Counted from the first letter of the stretch, positions 1-10,142 are shown. The stretch is 64,000 nt of DNA from an uncultured Actinomycetes bacterium (GCA_963718375.1 CAVQZD010000012.1:2316-66315); one strand, 5' to 3'. Notes: generated by a model from the letters alone, not told the origin. Numbers and translations: made by a program.

Positions 1-789
1 CCGGCGCAGAAAGGGCCTGCCGGACCTGGTAGCCACGATCCGCGCTATCCCCGACATCTGGGGCATATCACTGACCACCGACGCGCCTACCGCCCCAGTT
101 CGCCGAGGAGTTGAAGGCGAAGGGGCTCGACCGAGTGAACATTAGCCTGGACTCGCTTGACGCCGACCGATATCGGGAGATGACCCGGGTGGGTCGCTGG
201 GGGCCGTCCTGGCTGGAGTGGAGGCGGCGCTGAGGTACGACCTGAGCCCTGTCAAGCTGAACGCCGTCATGACCAAAGGCTACTGCCGGAGCTACCGGCG
301 TTCGTGGAACTGACGCGCGACCGGCCCCTGCACGTGCGCTTCATCGAGTGGATGCCGGTAGGCGGGTGCGGACCGGGCGCCGCGGGGGAAGCTTTGGAGA
401 AGGCCGAGCTGCTGGCGGCCTTGCAGGGACTCGGCGCCGCGGGCGCCGTTGGCGGCGGCGGCCTTGGCGCGCTGGAACCGGTGTCCTGGCCGGTGGGCTG
501 GGGGCCGGCCGAGTACTACCGGTATCACGGATATCAGGGGACCCTGGGTTTCATCGGCTCAGTCTCGGACCACTTCTGCACCAGGTGCAACCGCCTGCGG
601 CTGACCGCGGACGGGCGCCTGAAGAACTGCCTGTTCCTGAGCCACGAGGTGGACGCCCGAGCAGCGGTGCAGGCAAGGGACGGAGCGGCGGTCGCCGAAG
701 CGATAGCCGAGTCTTTGGAGAGCAAGACCTTTGACAAGAACACGTGGCCCGGATTCACCGTCCGGGGTATGTCGCAGGTAGGAGGATGA
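1..789 (+). CDS. moaA: GTP 3',8-cyclase MoaA (5' partial, frameshifted)
   Basis: RVNISLDSL near 130-160; HVRFIEWMP and C-terminal [20 protein letters not shown] motif; ends in GMSQVGG. Confidence 0.92.
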
Positions 790-790
790 G

Positions 791-1373
791 ATGAGCAAAC
801 GTGCGCTCACCCACGTCGACGCAAGCGGCAAGGCCAGCATGGTGGATGTCGGCGGCAAGACCGCTACCAAGCGCAGGGCAAGAGTCGGCGTCAGCGTGTG
901 GATGGCTCCGGAGACGCTGAGACTGCTGCAAGAGCAGGCGCTACCGAAGGGTGACGTGCTGGCCGTGGCCAAGGTGGCGGGCATCATGGCGGCCAAGCGA
1001 ACCCCTGAGTTGGTGCCGCTGTGCCATCTCTCTGACCGAAGTGGACGTGACCTTTGCGGTGGTGGAGGACGAGAGCTCATCGATATCGAGTGACGAGACT
1101 CACACCGAGGATTGCACCGGCGTGGAGATGGAGGCACTGGTAGGAGCGGCCACAGCGGCCATCACCATCTACGACATGTGCAAGGCGGTGGACAGGGGGA
1201 TGGTCATCGGCGACCTGCGCCTTTTGGAGAAGACGGGCGGCAAAGAGGACTACGTGCGGCCCGACGAGTCAAGCCAGGCGGGGCTGAGCGCGGCGGGCGC
1301 GGCCGCGAGTCCCGCGGCGCAGGTCGCCTGGATGCGGCGCGCGCCGCGTCGGCCGGCAGCGTGGTGGCCGTGA
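791..1373 (+). CDS. moaC: cyclic pyranopterin monophosphate synthase MoaC (frameshift about 1030)
   Basis: [43 protein letters not shown]; then [22 protein letters not shown] in the next frame. Confidence 0.9.
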
Positions 1374-1879
1374 ATGTGAGCGAAGCCAAAGGACAGCAGA
1401 AGAGCACCCACCCCTCGTCCGTCATGCTGCGTCCGGACCACGGCATCGAAGGGGACGCTCATGCCGGCGACTGGCACCGCAGGCGAGCCTGCTGGCGCAG
1501 GAGTCGGTCGACCAGATGCTCGCGGCCGGGCTGGAGGTGGGGCCGGGCGCTTTTGCCGAGAACACTCACCACGATCGGTCTTCGGGTGGATAGCCTGCCC
1601 TTGTATACGACGCTAGAATTGGGCGAAGCGCTGGTGGAGGTCACGCAGATAGGCAAGGAGTGTCATTCACACTGCGCCATCTACCACCAGGCGGGTGATT
1701 GTGTGATGCCGCGCGAGGGCATCTTCGTGCGCGTGCTCAAGGGCGGCCGCGTGGCGCCGGGCGACGTCGTGAAGGTGCGTGCCTGGGGGACCGGGCCCGC
1801 GGGGGTGGGTGCCAGCGTGGTCGACGAAGGCGGGGAAGGCGCGGGCGCAAGCCCGGACGCCGCCGGGGCGGACGAGTGA
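1355..1879 (+). CDS. MOSC-domain protein, possibly fused to MoaC; short internal frameshifted stretch
   Basis: [54 protein letters not shown]. Confidence 0.8.
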   Translation, partial: GSVVAVNVSEAKGQQKSTHPSSVMLRPDHGIEGDAHAGDWHRRRACWRRSRSTRCSRPGWRWGRALLPRTLTTIGLRVDSLPLYTTLELGEALVEVTQIGKECHSHCAIYHQAGDCVMPREGIFVRVLKGGRVAPGDVVKVRAWGTGPAGVGASVVDEGGEGAGASPDAAGADE

Positions 1880-2403
1880 GCAGCTCGTCGCTCAGTCGAC
1901 CCATCAAGGCGGCCGTCGTCACGCTCAGTGACAAGGCCAGCGCCGGACTGCGTGAGGACGTCTCCGGGCCTGTGCTGCGGGAGCTACTCCAAGCGCTGGG
2001 GGCGGAAGTGGGTGAGCCCACAGTCCTCCCCGACGACCAGCATCAGATCGAAGTGACGCTGGCCATCCTGGCCGATATCGAGCGGTGCGACTTGGTGCTC
2101 ACCACCGGGGGCACCGGCCTGAGTCCGCGCGACCGCACGCCGGAAGCCACGCGGGTGGTCATCGATCGCCTGGCTCCGGGGTTCGTTGAAGCCATGCGGG
2201 CTCGCTCGTTCGAAGTGACCCCGCATGCCCTGCTCAGTCGCGGGGTGGCAGGTACTCGGGGCAGGACGCTCATCATCAACATGCCCGGCAGTCCGAAGGC
2301 TTGTCGGGAACACTTCGAGGTGATCGCTCCCGCGCTGGAGCACGCGGTGCAGACGCTACGGGGCGAAGGCGCGGAGTGCGCTAGGCCTGCTGCTGACTGT
2401 TAG
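1876..2403 (+). CDS. mog: molybdopterin adenylyltransferase (MogA/MoaB)
   Basis: GTG overlaps the upstream TGA; VVTLSDK, TTGGTGLSPRDRTPEAT, INMPGSPKAC. Confidence 0.9.
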   Translation: MSSSSLSRPIKAAVVTLSDKASAGLREDVSGPVLRELLQALGAEVGEPTVLPDDQHQIEVTLAILADIERCDLVLTTGGTGLSPRDRTPEATRVVIDRLAPGFVEAMRARSFEVTPHALLSRGVAGTRGRTLIINMPGSPKACREHFEVIAPALEHAVQTLRGEGAECARPAADC

Positions 2404-3399
2404 AGTCCTCGACCAGCCTGACTTTGCCCTGCTTCGCCTTGTAGAGGCTCGCGTCCACGGCCCGCAGTAGGGCCGCTGCGTCGGTGGCGTCCTCTGGGCA
2501 AGCGGCCGCTCCAAAACTCACCTGCAGACTCGCGAAAGAGCGGTCCAGCTTGAAGCGCGTCTTGTTGACCGACTCGGCGATGCGGCGTCCGACCATTTGG
2601 ATGGCGTTCTTGTCGGCCTCGGGCATGAGGATGAGAAACTCGTCTCCTCCGAAGCGACAAGGGATGTCCACGTCGCGGATGTTAATGCGCATGACCGTCG
2701 CCAGGTGGGTGAGAGCGGTATCTCCAGCAGCGTGACCGAAGGTGTCGTTGACCCACTTGAGGTTGTCGAAATCGAGCATCAGGATGGCGAAGGGGTGGCG
2801 GTAGCGCTTGTACATCTCCACGTGCCGCTCCAATTCGGGCTCCCAGTACCGCCGGTTGTAGAGGCCGGTCAGGCTGTCGGTGTGCGCCAGGCGGTCCAGC
2901 TCGGCGTTGGACTGGTCGTGGTAGGACTGGGCGGCGGCGGTCATGATGCGGTGCAGTCCCAGACGCAGTATCCGCACCAGTTCGAGTAGGTCCTGATCCT
3001 GGTGACGCATACCTTCGGCGATGGTCTCCCAGATGGTGTCCTCGAGAGCGCAGAGGTTGTCGGCCAACGAGCCGATGGCGCCCACCTCTTGTCGTCCTGC
3101 AGAAGCCCCAGTTCGGCGGCCTGTTTGTAGTACTCGCCGCCTTCTTTGAACTCCTCCATGGCCGACTCATCTTCCAGACACCGGATGAGGCCCTCGATAA
3201 GGGCGACCGAAGTGCGGATGCTCTCCTGCGTGGGGAAGCTCTCTAGGGCTTCGAGGTCGTCGATCTCCCCCACGAGCCGTCCGAGCCAACTCTTGGTGAT
3301 GTCAAGTTTATGCCGATCGAGGATTCCGCGGGCCTTCGAAAGAATAGGACCCTGACCCCCCCCGACGTCCGATCCGGCTATGTCCGGATTCCGCGTCAC
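2381..3399 (-). CDS. diguanylate cyclase with N-terminal helical sensor domain (frameshift about 3085)
   Basis: TDSLTGLYNRR, KWVNDTFGHAAGD, RDVD I-site five residues before GGDEF; ORFs 2941-3399 and 2381-3085 join. Confidence 0.88.
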
Positions 3400-3568
3400 A
3401 GGCCGACCTCTCGTTCAGGACTAAAAACTACACTGATTCTACAATCATTTGCCTGTCGCGTACAGAAAACGCTCTTCCTGCATGTATTTCGGCTATGTGG
3501 GAAGATTAGTTGATAGCGAGTCTGTCTTAGAATGGCCACGTGGGCCGCCGACCCGAGCGGGAGGTTGC

Positions 3569-4708
3569 ATGAGGATAGGCTTCGACGCCAGGGCCGTTCC
3601 CCTTCGTGGCGGCATCGGCACCTACTCGAGCAACATACTCCAGCAGTTCGCCGACGCGGGTGTCGAGGTGGTGGTCTTCTGCGAAGAAGAGGCGAAGAAC
3701 ACCATCCCGTTGGCAGATTCGTTTACTTTCGTCTCCGCCCACGCCGACCCATCCGGTGCCGCCGGCCGCAAGTCCTTCAGGACCCTGGTCAGAGATTCCG
3801 GGGTCGACCTCCTGCACGTCCCCAGCCCCTTCGCCCCCACTCCCTGCGCGGTCCCCCTGGTGAGCACGATCCACGACATCGCTCCCTTCCTCTACCCCAG
3901 CACGCTGCCCTTTCGCATGCGCGTGCGGTACAAGCGGCAGTTCCGCCGCACGGTCGAGGAGGCGCGTCGGATCATAACCGTGTCGCGCATCACCTATTCG
4001 GCTCTAGGTGTGTACGCGGGGGTGGATCAGACCAAGGCGAGGGTGATACATAACGGCGTCAGCGATAGCTTCAAGCCGGTCACCGACGCGAAGGTGCTGG
4101 CTGCCGCGAGGAGCCGTCACTCCCTGCCCGACCGCTACGTCTTCTGGGTGGGGGATTTCAGGCCCGAGAAGAACCTGGCCTTCTTGATACAGGCCTGGGC
4201 CAGGCTGAGGGAACGGTCCGATAGCGTGCCCGTCCTGGTGCTGGCAGGCAGACAACGGGGCGAATACCGGAGTATCCAAGAAGAGGTGCGCAAGCACGGG
4301 CTGGAAGATGCGGTGCTCTTCTCAGGCTTCATACCCGACGATGACCTCCCGGCCGTGTATTCCGCCGCGAGCGTGTTCGTCTTTCCGTCGCTGTACGAGG
4401 GATTCGGGCTGCCTCCGTTGGAGGCCATGGCCTGCGGCACTCCTTGCGTGGTCAGCAACTCCTCCTCGCTCCCGGAGGTCACGGGGACGGCCGCCCTGCT
4501 CTTCAACCCCACGTCGAAAGAGGGGTTCGTCGAGTGCATGCAGAGGGTACTCACCGAGCCCAAGATGACCGAGACGTTGCGCGAGGCGGGGCTGCGCCAG
4601 GCGGGTCTCTTCTCCTGGAAGCGGGCCGCCGACGAGACTCTCGAAGTCTACCGCGAGGCACTCGCCGACCCCGCCAACCGCGCGAGCTCCAGCGCGTCCT
4701 CGCGCTGA
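3569..4708 (+). CDS. glycosyltransferase family 4
   Basis: MRIGFDAR, GGIGTY, TIHDI, FVFPSLYEGFGLPPLEAMACG; GGAGG RBS. Confidence 0.92.
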   Translation: MRIGFDARAVPLRGGIGTYSSNILQQFADAGVEVVVFCEEEAKNTIPLADSFTFVSAHADPSGAAGRKSFRTLVRDSGVDLLHVPSPFAPTPCAVPLVSTIHDIAPFLYPSTLPFRMRVRYKRQFRRTVEEARRIITVSRITYSALGVYAGVDQTKARVIHNGVSDSFKPVTDAKVLAAARSRHSLPDRYVFWVGDFRPEKNLAFLIQAWARLRERSDSVPVLVLAGRQRGEYRSIQEEVRKHGLEDAVLFSGFIPDDDLPAVYSAASVFVFPSLYEGFGLPPLEAMACGTPCVVSNSSSLPEVTGTAALLFNPTSKEGFVECMQRVLTEPKMTETLREAGLRQAGLFSWKRAADETLEVYREALADPANRASSSASSR

Positions 4709-4724
4709 GGCCGGGCGCCTGTCG

Positions 4725-6242
4725 ATGAAGGACCTCCGCACGTTCGTATCCCTGCTGCGCGACAAGGGCCAACTGGTCGAGATCGACGCGCCCGTCGACC
4801 CCGTCCTGGAGATGGCTGAGGTCGCGGACCGCGTCGTCAAAGCGGGTGGTCCGGCGCTGCTCTTCACGCGGCCCAAAGGCTACTCGACACCGGTGCTGAT
4901 GAACCAGTTCGGCAGTCATGAGCGTATGTGCTGGGCGCTGGGAGCCGAGTCTTACGAAGAGCTCAGCGCGCGGGTGGAGGAGCTCGCCGCCATGACTGTG
5001 CCTGAGTCCGCTTGGGACAAGCTCAAGGCCTTGGGGCGCCTGAAGGCCATCGCCGACCTGCAGCCCCAGCTGGTGAAGAAAGGCGCTTGCCAGGAGGTCG
5101 TGCAGACCGGAGACGAGATCGACCTGGAGGCGCTGCCCATCTTGAAGTGCTGGCCGCTGGATGGCGGCCGCTATATCACCCTGCCGCTGGTGTTCACCCG
5201 GCACCCTAAGACGGGAGCGCGCAACGTGGGCATGTACCGACTGCAGGTCTTCGATAAGAAGACCACCGGTATGCATTGGCACATCCACAAGGACGCCGCC
5301 GAGCACTACCGGGCCGCCGGCGGCCGCCTGGAAGTGGCGGTGGCGATCGGCACCGACCCGGCACTCACCTACGCGGCGACGGCGCCGCTGCCCGGCGGTA
5401 TAGACGAGCTGCTGTTCGCCGGTTTCTTGCGGGGCGAGGCGGTTGAGCTGGTGCAGTGCCGCACGGTCGACCTGCAGGTGCCCGCGCACGCGGAGTTCGT
5501 GCTCGAGGGCTATGTGGATGTGGACGAGACCCGCGTCGAGGGGCCCTTCGGCGACCACACCGGCTACTACTCGCTGGCCGATGACTATCCAGTGCTGCAT
5601 CTCACGGCCCTCACCCACAGACGCGACCCGATCTACTCCACCACCATCGTAGGCCAAGCTCCCATGGAGGATGCCTATCTGGGCAAGGCGACCGAGCGCT
5701 TGTTCTTGCCCTTGATGAAGCTCACGCTGCCCGAGCTCGTGGATTGGGACCTGCCCATGGAGGGCGGCTTTCACAACTGCGTGATCGTGGCGATAGACAA
5801 GCGCTACCCAATGCAGGCGCGCAAGGCGATGCACGCGCTGTGGGGGATGGGGCAGATGCAGTTCGCCAAGTGCATCGTGGTATTGGACCGCGATGTGGAC
5901 GTGCACGACTACGCGCAAGTGGCCTGGCGCGTCTTTAACAATGTGGACTGGAGGCGCGACGTTCTCTCGGTCGAAGGTCCACTTGACGTGCTCGACCACT
6001 CGTCTCCGAACCCCCTATGGGGGGGCAAGATAGGCATCGACGCTACTATGAAGCTGCCCGAAGAAGGACACGTCCGCGAGTGGCCTGACGACGTCCAGAT
6101 GTCCGCCGAGGTGAAGGCGCGCGTGGATGCCCTGTGGCCGAGTCTGGGTCTGGACGGGCTGCCCGGCGGAGCGGGCGCGGCGGGGGCTGGCGCGGCTGGC
6201 GCCCGTGGCGCCGGCGCGGCCGGAGAGGCGCCCAAGTGCTGA
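4725..6242 (+). CDS. ubiD: UbiD-family menaquinone biosynthesis decarboxylase (MqnL-type)
   Basis: NVGMYRLQ, EGPFGDHTGYY, MEDAYLGKATERLF, GPLDVLDH; futalosine gene context. Confidence 0.9.
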   Translation: MKDLRTFVSLLRDKGQLVEIDAPVDPVLEMAEVADRVVKAGGPALLFTRPKGYSTPVLMNQFGSHERMCWALGAESYEELSARVEELAAMTVPESAWDKLKALGRLKAIADLQPQLVKKGACQEVVQTGDEIDLEALPILKCWPLDGGRYITLPLVFTRHPKTGARNVGMYRLQVFDKKTTGMHWHIHKDAAEHYRAAGGRLEVAVAIGTDPALTYAATAPLPGGIDELLFAGFLRGEAVELVQCRTVDLQVPAHAEFVLEGYVDVDETRVEGPFGDHTGYYSLADDYPVLHLTALTHRRDPIYSTTIVGQAPMEDAYLGKATERLFLPLMKLTLPELVDWDLPMEGGFHNCVIVAIDKRYPMQARKAMHALWGMGQMQFAKCIVVLDRDVDVHDYAQVAWRVFNNVDWRRDVLSVEGPLDVLDHSSPNPLWGGKIGIDATMKLPEEGHVREWPDDVQMSAEVKARVDALWPSLGLDGLPGGAGAAGAGAAGARGAGAAGEAPKC

Positions 6243-7090
6243 AGTACGTTCGCCGCTTCGCCAGTCTGGTGAAGTTCGAACACTCCGTCTTCGCCCTCCC
6301 CTTCGCGTACTCGGCCGCCTTCCTGGCCGAGATGAAGGTGCCGGGTTTCTGGACCATGTTCTGGATCACCGTGGCCATGGTGGCGGCGCGCAGCTTCGCC
6401 ATGGCGGTCAATCGGCTGATCGACCAAGAGATCGACGCGCGCAACCCCCGCACCGCCGGACGCGAGCTGCCCTCGGGCCAGCTGAAGCGTTGGCAGGTCT
6501 GGGTCTTCGCGTTCGTATCCCTGGGCGTGCTGATCGGCTCGACCTTCGCGCTGCCTGTGATCACCCGGTACTTGTGGCCGGTAGTGGTCATCCCGCTGGT
6601 TGTCTATCCCTACACCAAGCGTTGGACCTGGCTGTGCCACCTGGTGCTGGGCATCGCCATCGGGCTTGGCCCGGTGGGCGCATGGGTGGCCGTGACCGGG
6701 ACTGCGGACCCGGAGGCTCTCTTGATCGGCGGGGCGGTGGCTTGCTGGATCGCGGGCTTTGACGTCATCTACGCCTTCATGGACATCGAAGTCGATCGAA
6801 AGCAGGGGCTGCACTCCATACCGGCGGATTTGGGCGAGCGCGCGGGGCTGTGGGCGACGCGCATCCTGCACGTGATGGCCGTGGCGCTTCTGGCCGCGGT
6901 CGGGGTCGTGCAAGGTGCCAACTTCGTCTACTATCTAGGGGTGGGCGTGTGCGCGATGTTGCTCGGTTATGAGAACTGGCTGATGCGGAAGGCCGATCTC
7001 CAGAAAGTCGGGGTCGCCTTCATGACCATGAACGGCATCATCAGCGTCGCCTTTCTGTTCTTCACCACGCTCAGTCTCTTCGCAGGGTGA
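6236..7090 (+). CDS. ubiA: UbiA-family polyprenyltransferase (MqnP-type)
   Basis: VKFEHSVFALPFA, NRLIDQEIDARNPRT..RELP, YPYTKR, GFDVIYA. Confidence 0.9.
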   Translation: MLKYVRRFASLVKFEHSVFALPFAYSAAFLAEMKVPGFWTMFWITVAMVAARSFAMAVNRLIDQEIDARNPRTAGRELPSGQLKRWQVWVFAFVSLGVLIGSTFALPVITRYLWPVVVIPLVVYPYTKRWTWLCHLVLGIAIGLGPVGAWVAVTGTADPEALLIGGAVACWIAGFDVIYAFMDIEVDRKQGLHSIPADLGERAGLWATRILHVMAVALLAAVGVVQGANFVYYLGVGVCAMLLGYENWLMRKADLQKVGVAFMTMNGIISVAFLFFTTLSLFAG

Positions 7091-7875
7091 CCAAGGGGTT
7101 CAGGATGGATCAGATGCGGAGCAAGAGTAGCCAGAGACGACCGAGGCGCGACGCCTCCCCCGAACCGGGGAAGGTCAAGAAGATGTTCGACGGCATAGCG
7201 TCGTCCTACGATCGCATGAACGACCTGATGACCGGCGGTCTGCATCATCGTTGGCGGCAGATGGGGGTCATGCTTGCCCGGGTAGATCCGGGCGGCTCCG
7301 CACTGGACGTCTGCTGCGGCACCGGGGACTTCGCCTTCGAGCTGAAGCGCGAGGTGGGGCCGAAGGGCCGAGTGGTCGGCGTGGACGTGTCCAAAGAAAT
7401 GCTCGATGTCGCCCGGGAGAAGTGCGGTCGCAACCAGCTCTATGTGGAGTTCTATGAGGGCGACGTGCTCGATCTGCCCTTCGCCGACGGGGGGCTCAGG
7501 TATGACGCTACGCCCATGGGCTTCGACGCCTGCACGGTGGGGTTCGGCATCCGCAACGTGCCCGACGTGGTGAGGGCGTTCAGCGAGATGCGCAGGGTGT
7601 GCCGTCCAGGCGCGAAGGTAGTGTGCCTGGAGATCACGCAGTCCGACATCCCGGTGTTCAAGCAGTTCTACAAGCTCTGGTTCGACCGGGTGGTGCCCGT
7701 GATGGGCAGGGCGGTCTCGCGGGACAAGGACGCCTACACGTATCTGCCGGATTCGGTGAAGCGGTTCCCCGAGCCGGAAGTGCTCAAGACCCAGATGGAG
7801 TTGGCCGGACTCAAGAACGTGCGCTACGAGATCTTGGCTGGGGGGATCATCGCGATCCATCACGGGGTAGTGTGA
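7087..7875 (+). CDS. menG: demethylmenaquinone methyltransferase UbiE/MenG
   Basis: MFDGIASSYDRMNDLMTGGLH, LDVCCGTGD, GFGIRNV, YTYLPDSV. Confidence 0.92.
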   Translation: MTKGFRMDQMRSKSSQRRPRRDASPEPGKVKKMFDGIASSYDRMNDLMTGGLHHRWRQMGVMLARVDPGGSALDVCCGTGDFAFELKREVGPKGRVVGVDVSKEMLDVAREKCGRNQLYVEFYEGDVLDLPFADGGLRYDATPMGFDACTVGFGIRNVPDVVRAFSEMRRVCRPGAKVVCLEITQSDIPVFKQFYKLWFDRVVPVMGRAVSRDKDAYTYLPDSVKRFPEPEVLKTQMELAGLKNVRYEILAGGIIAIHHGVV

Positions 7876-7961
7876 CTCTCCTGGGGTCACCTGGCTCACT
7901 TTCGCTGAATCCGGCTAACCGCAGGCGCTCAAATGTTCGCCAGGCGACCCCAGGCGAGTCA
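7873..7961. repeat. palindromic element copy A: 22-bp imperfect stem enclosing a 47-bp core (7895-7941)
   Basis: tgactctcctggggtcacctgg pairs with ccaggcgaccccaggcgagtca (2 mismatches); core is the reverse complement of 8845-8891 at 45/47. Confidence 0.85.
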
Positions 7962-8040
7962 TGTATGAGGTGGGGAGGTTCCAAGTCCGCACCGCCGGGC
8001 AACCCCAGCTCGTGTGAGCTGGGCACGGCTAACCGCACGC
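7953..8040 (+). ncRNA. candidate degenerate HDV-like (delta-like) ribozyme
   Basis: Order P2 gtgggg, P3 agg, L3 ttccaagt, ccg, P1' caccgcc, GG-GCAAC, P4 cccagctc/gagctggg, cacGGCTAA, P2' ccgcac; the 5' P1 strand is imperfect. Confidence 0.45.
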
Positions 8041-8047
8041 GCTTGTT

Positions 8048-8079
8048 GGGCCAACGGGCCTTCCGGCTCACTTGCGCTG
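8048..8079. repeat. truncated third copy of the palindromic element
   Basis: gggccaacg matches the stem end of copy B; ggctcacttgcgctg matches copy A ggctcactttcgctg at 14/15. Confidence 0.6.
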
Positions 8080-8139
8080 TGCACGGCTCAGGGTAGGGAC
8101 AGGATGGATCGCGAAGGTGTAGCCCAACCAGAGGGAGGG

Positions 8140-8827
8140 TTGACGAAGACGGTCCACGTCTTGGCCGCATGTTTGCTTGCCACGTGCTGTCTGTTGGTCG
8201 GGGCATGTGGAAGCCAAGACTCGTCGGACATAGAAGCGTCTGAATGGACCCGCATTCAAGGAAGGAATGTCTCTCTCACACTCCCAGTGACATTCAAGGG
8301 CGGATACCCGGGGGAACCTGAAGTCATGTCTACTCTTCGAGGCGGTGGCCTCGTCTTTGTCCCAACCGGAAGACCGGACCGTCTACACTGAGTGGCTGGA
8401 CGGCGTCAACGACCAGCTGTTGATGACTAACGACGGGCCGCCACTCATGGCCTGGGCCGTCCTCGGCGATGGGGATTCCCTGGCCAGCGCAACGGTGTAT
8501 GAGACGCTGCTGCAAAACGTGTCGTTCTTCAGCGATGGGGACACCTCGGTCTTGGGACTGGTGAACGCCTACATGCAGCCGTATCCCGAAGGGACCTGGA
8601 GGATCGAGGAATTGACGGCGAACGGGGCGACGGTAGTGGTGCGGTACCAGGACTCCGACACACAATCCCTCGATTCGGAGTACATCGTCGTGAAGCCCGT
8701 GGGAGAGTGGTTCTACGCTGTCGTCTATTCGTGCGAGGACGAGTATTGGGGGTCGATGTACCCAGTATTCAAAGAAAGCGGCCAGACGTTCACGATTGCC
8801 AGCGCAAGTGAGCCGACCCACACATGA
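8140..8827 (+). CDS. putative lipoprotein of unknown function (frameshift about 8340)
   Basis: GAGGGAGG RBS then TTG; signal peptide TKTVHVLAACLLATCCLLVGA-C lipobox; continues in ORF 8345-8827. Confidence 0.7.
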
Positions 8828-8910
8828 GGGCCAACGGCCCGTCCGGCGAGCATTTGAGCGCCTGCGGTTAGCCGGATTCAGCGAAAGCGAGGAGGACGGG
8901 TCGTTGGCCC
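8828..8910. repeat. palindromic element copy B (inverted): 17-bp stem enclosing the 47-bp core (8845-8891)
   Basis: gggccaacggcccgtcc pairs with ggacgggtcgttggccc (one G-T); starts at the base after the lipoprotein TGA. Confidence 0.85.
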
Positions 8911-8933
8911 GAAGCAGGTGCTAGACTCCCAGC

Positions 8934-10142
8934 ATGTCCGCTGATGAGCGTGTCGATCCGCTTGCCCACATCGAACAGAAGGTGTCCCAAGGGGAGCGCC
9001 TCTCCGCCGCCGATGCCGTAGCCCTGTTCGAGACCCCCGACCTGCCGCGCGTGGGTAGGTTGGCGGACCAGGCGCGCCGTCGAGCAGTGGGCGATGACGT
9101 CTACTTCGTGGTCAACCGCCACATCAACTACACCAACGTGTGCCGCAACCGCTGCGCGTTCTGCGCGTTCTCGCGGGATGAGGGAGCGGCCGGAGCCTAC
9201 ACGCTGACCGTCGACGAGGTTCTCCAGAAGGCGCGGGAGGCGGTGGACGAGGGTGCCACCGAGATCCACATCGTCGGGGGGGAGAACCCGGCCCTGCCCT
9301 ACGTGTGGGTGCGGGAGATGGTGGTCGGCATCCGCAGGATGGACGCCGAGATCCACATCAAGGCCTTCACGGCTTCGGAGATAGAGTTCTTCGCCAAGAC
9401 CGAGAAGCTCCTGGTGGAGGACGTGCTCTTGGACCTCAAAGAGGCGGGGCTGAACAGCCTGCCTGGCGGCGGTGCGGAGATCCTGGGTGCCGGGGTGCGC
9501 GCCCAGGTGTGTCCGGCCAAGATCTCGGGCGAGAGGTGGCTGGAGATCCATCAGTTGGCGCACGATCTGGGACTGAAGACCAACGCCACCATGCTCTACG
9601 GCCATGTGGAGAGCTATGCCGACCGCGCCGACCACCTGGTCCGGCTGCGCGAAGCCCAGGACGAGACCGGCGGCTTTCAGGCCTTCATCCCGTTGGCGTT
9701 CCAGCCTCACAACAACGCGCTCGCTCACCTGCCCGGGCCCACGGGCGTCGACGACCTCAAGGTCATGGCCGTGTCGCGCCTCATGCTGGACAACTTCGAC
9801 CACCTCAAGACCTACTGGGTGATGACTGGGATGAAGCTGGCCCAGATCGCCCTCTTCTTCGGAGCGAACGACATGGACGGCACGGTAGTGGAGGAGGTCA
9901 TCTCGCTGCTCTCTGGAGCGGAACACGGACAGACGGTGAGCAGATGCGAGTTGGCGCGCGTGATAGCCGACGCCGGGCGCATTCCCGTGGAGCGCGATGC
10001 TCTCTATAGAGTGGTGCGGCGTTATGAGGCCGAGGCTGGTGAAGGCGCCGAGGCGGGCGGCGGCGGCCCGGTGGGTGACGGCGCGGGCGCGCAGCCCCGC
10101 GGCGAGGGCGGCCGCGGCGAGGCGGAGGGTGTGACGGGATGA
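8934..10142 (+). CDS. mqnE: aminofutalosine synthase MqnE (radical SAM)
   Basis: NRHINYTNVCRNRCAFCAF, LPGGGAEI, NATMLYGHVE, DNFDHLKTYW; TAGACT 6 nt before ATG suggests a leaderless mRNA. Confidence 0.9.
   Translation: MSADERVDPLAHIEQKVSQGERLSAADAVALFETPDLPRVGRLADQARRRAVGDDVYFVVNRHINYTNVCRNRCAFCAFSRDEGAAGAYTLTVDEVLQKAREAVDEGATEIHIVGGENPALPYVWVREMVVGIRRMDAEIHIKAFTASEIEFFAKTEKLLVEDVLLDLKEAGLNSLPGGGAEILGAGVRAQVCPAKISGERWLEIHQLAHDLGLKTNATMLYGHVESYADRADHLVRLREAQDETGGFQAFIPLAFQPHNNALAHLPGPTGVDDLKVMAVSRLMLDNFDHLKTYWVMTGMKLAQIALFFGANDMDGTVVEEVISLLSGAEHGQTVSRCELARVIADAGRIPVERDALYRVVRRYEAEAGEGAEAGGGGPVGDGAGAQPRGEGGRGEAEGVTG

Noticed and set aside
7899-7941. tcgctgaatcc as a c-di-AMP riboswitch start, or ggctaac..gttcgcc as an integron attC
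   Set aside because: Downstream riboswitch motifs are absent; the R-box spacing is far too short for attC and no integrase is present
7970-8000. ggttccaagtcc resembling a tRNA T-arm; SRP and 6S RNA also considered
   Set aside because: No D-arm, anticodon arm or CCA, and no SRP or 6S core; the HDV-like topology fits better
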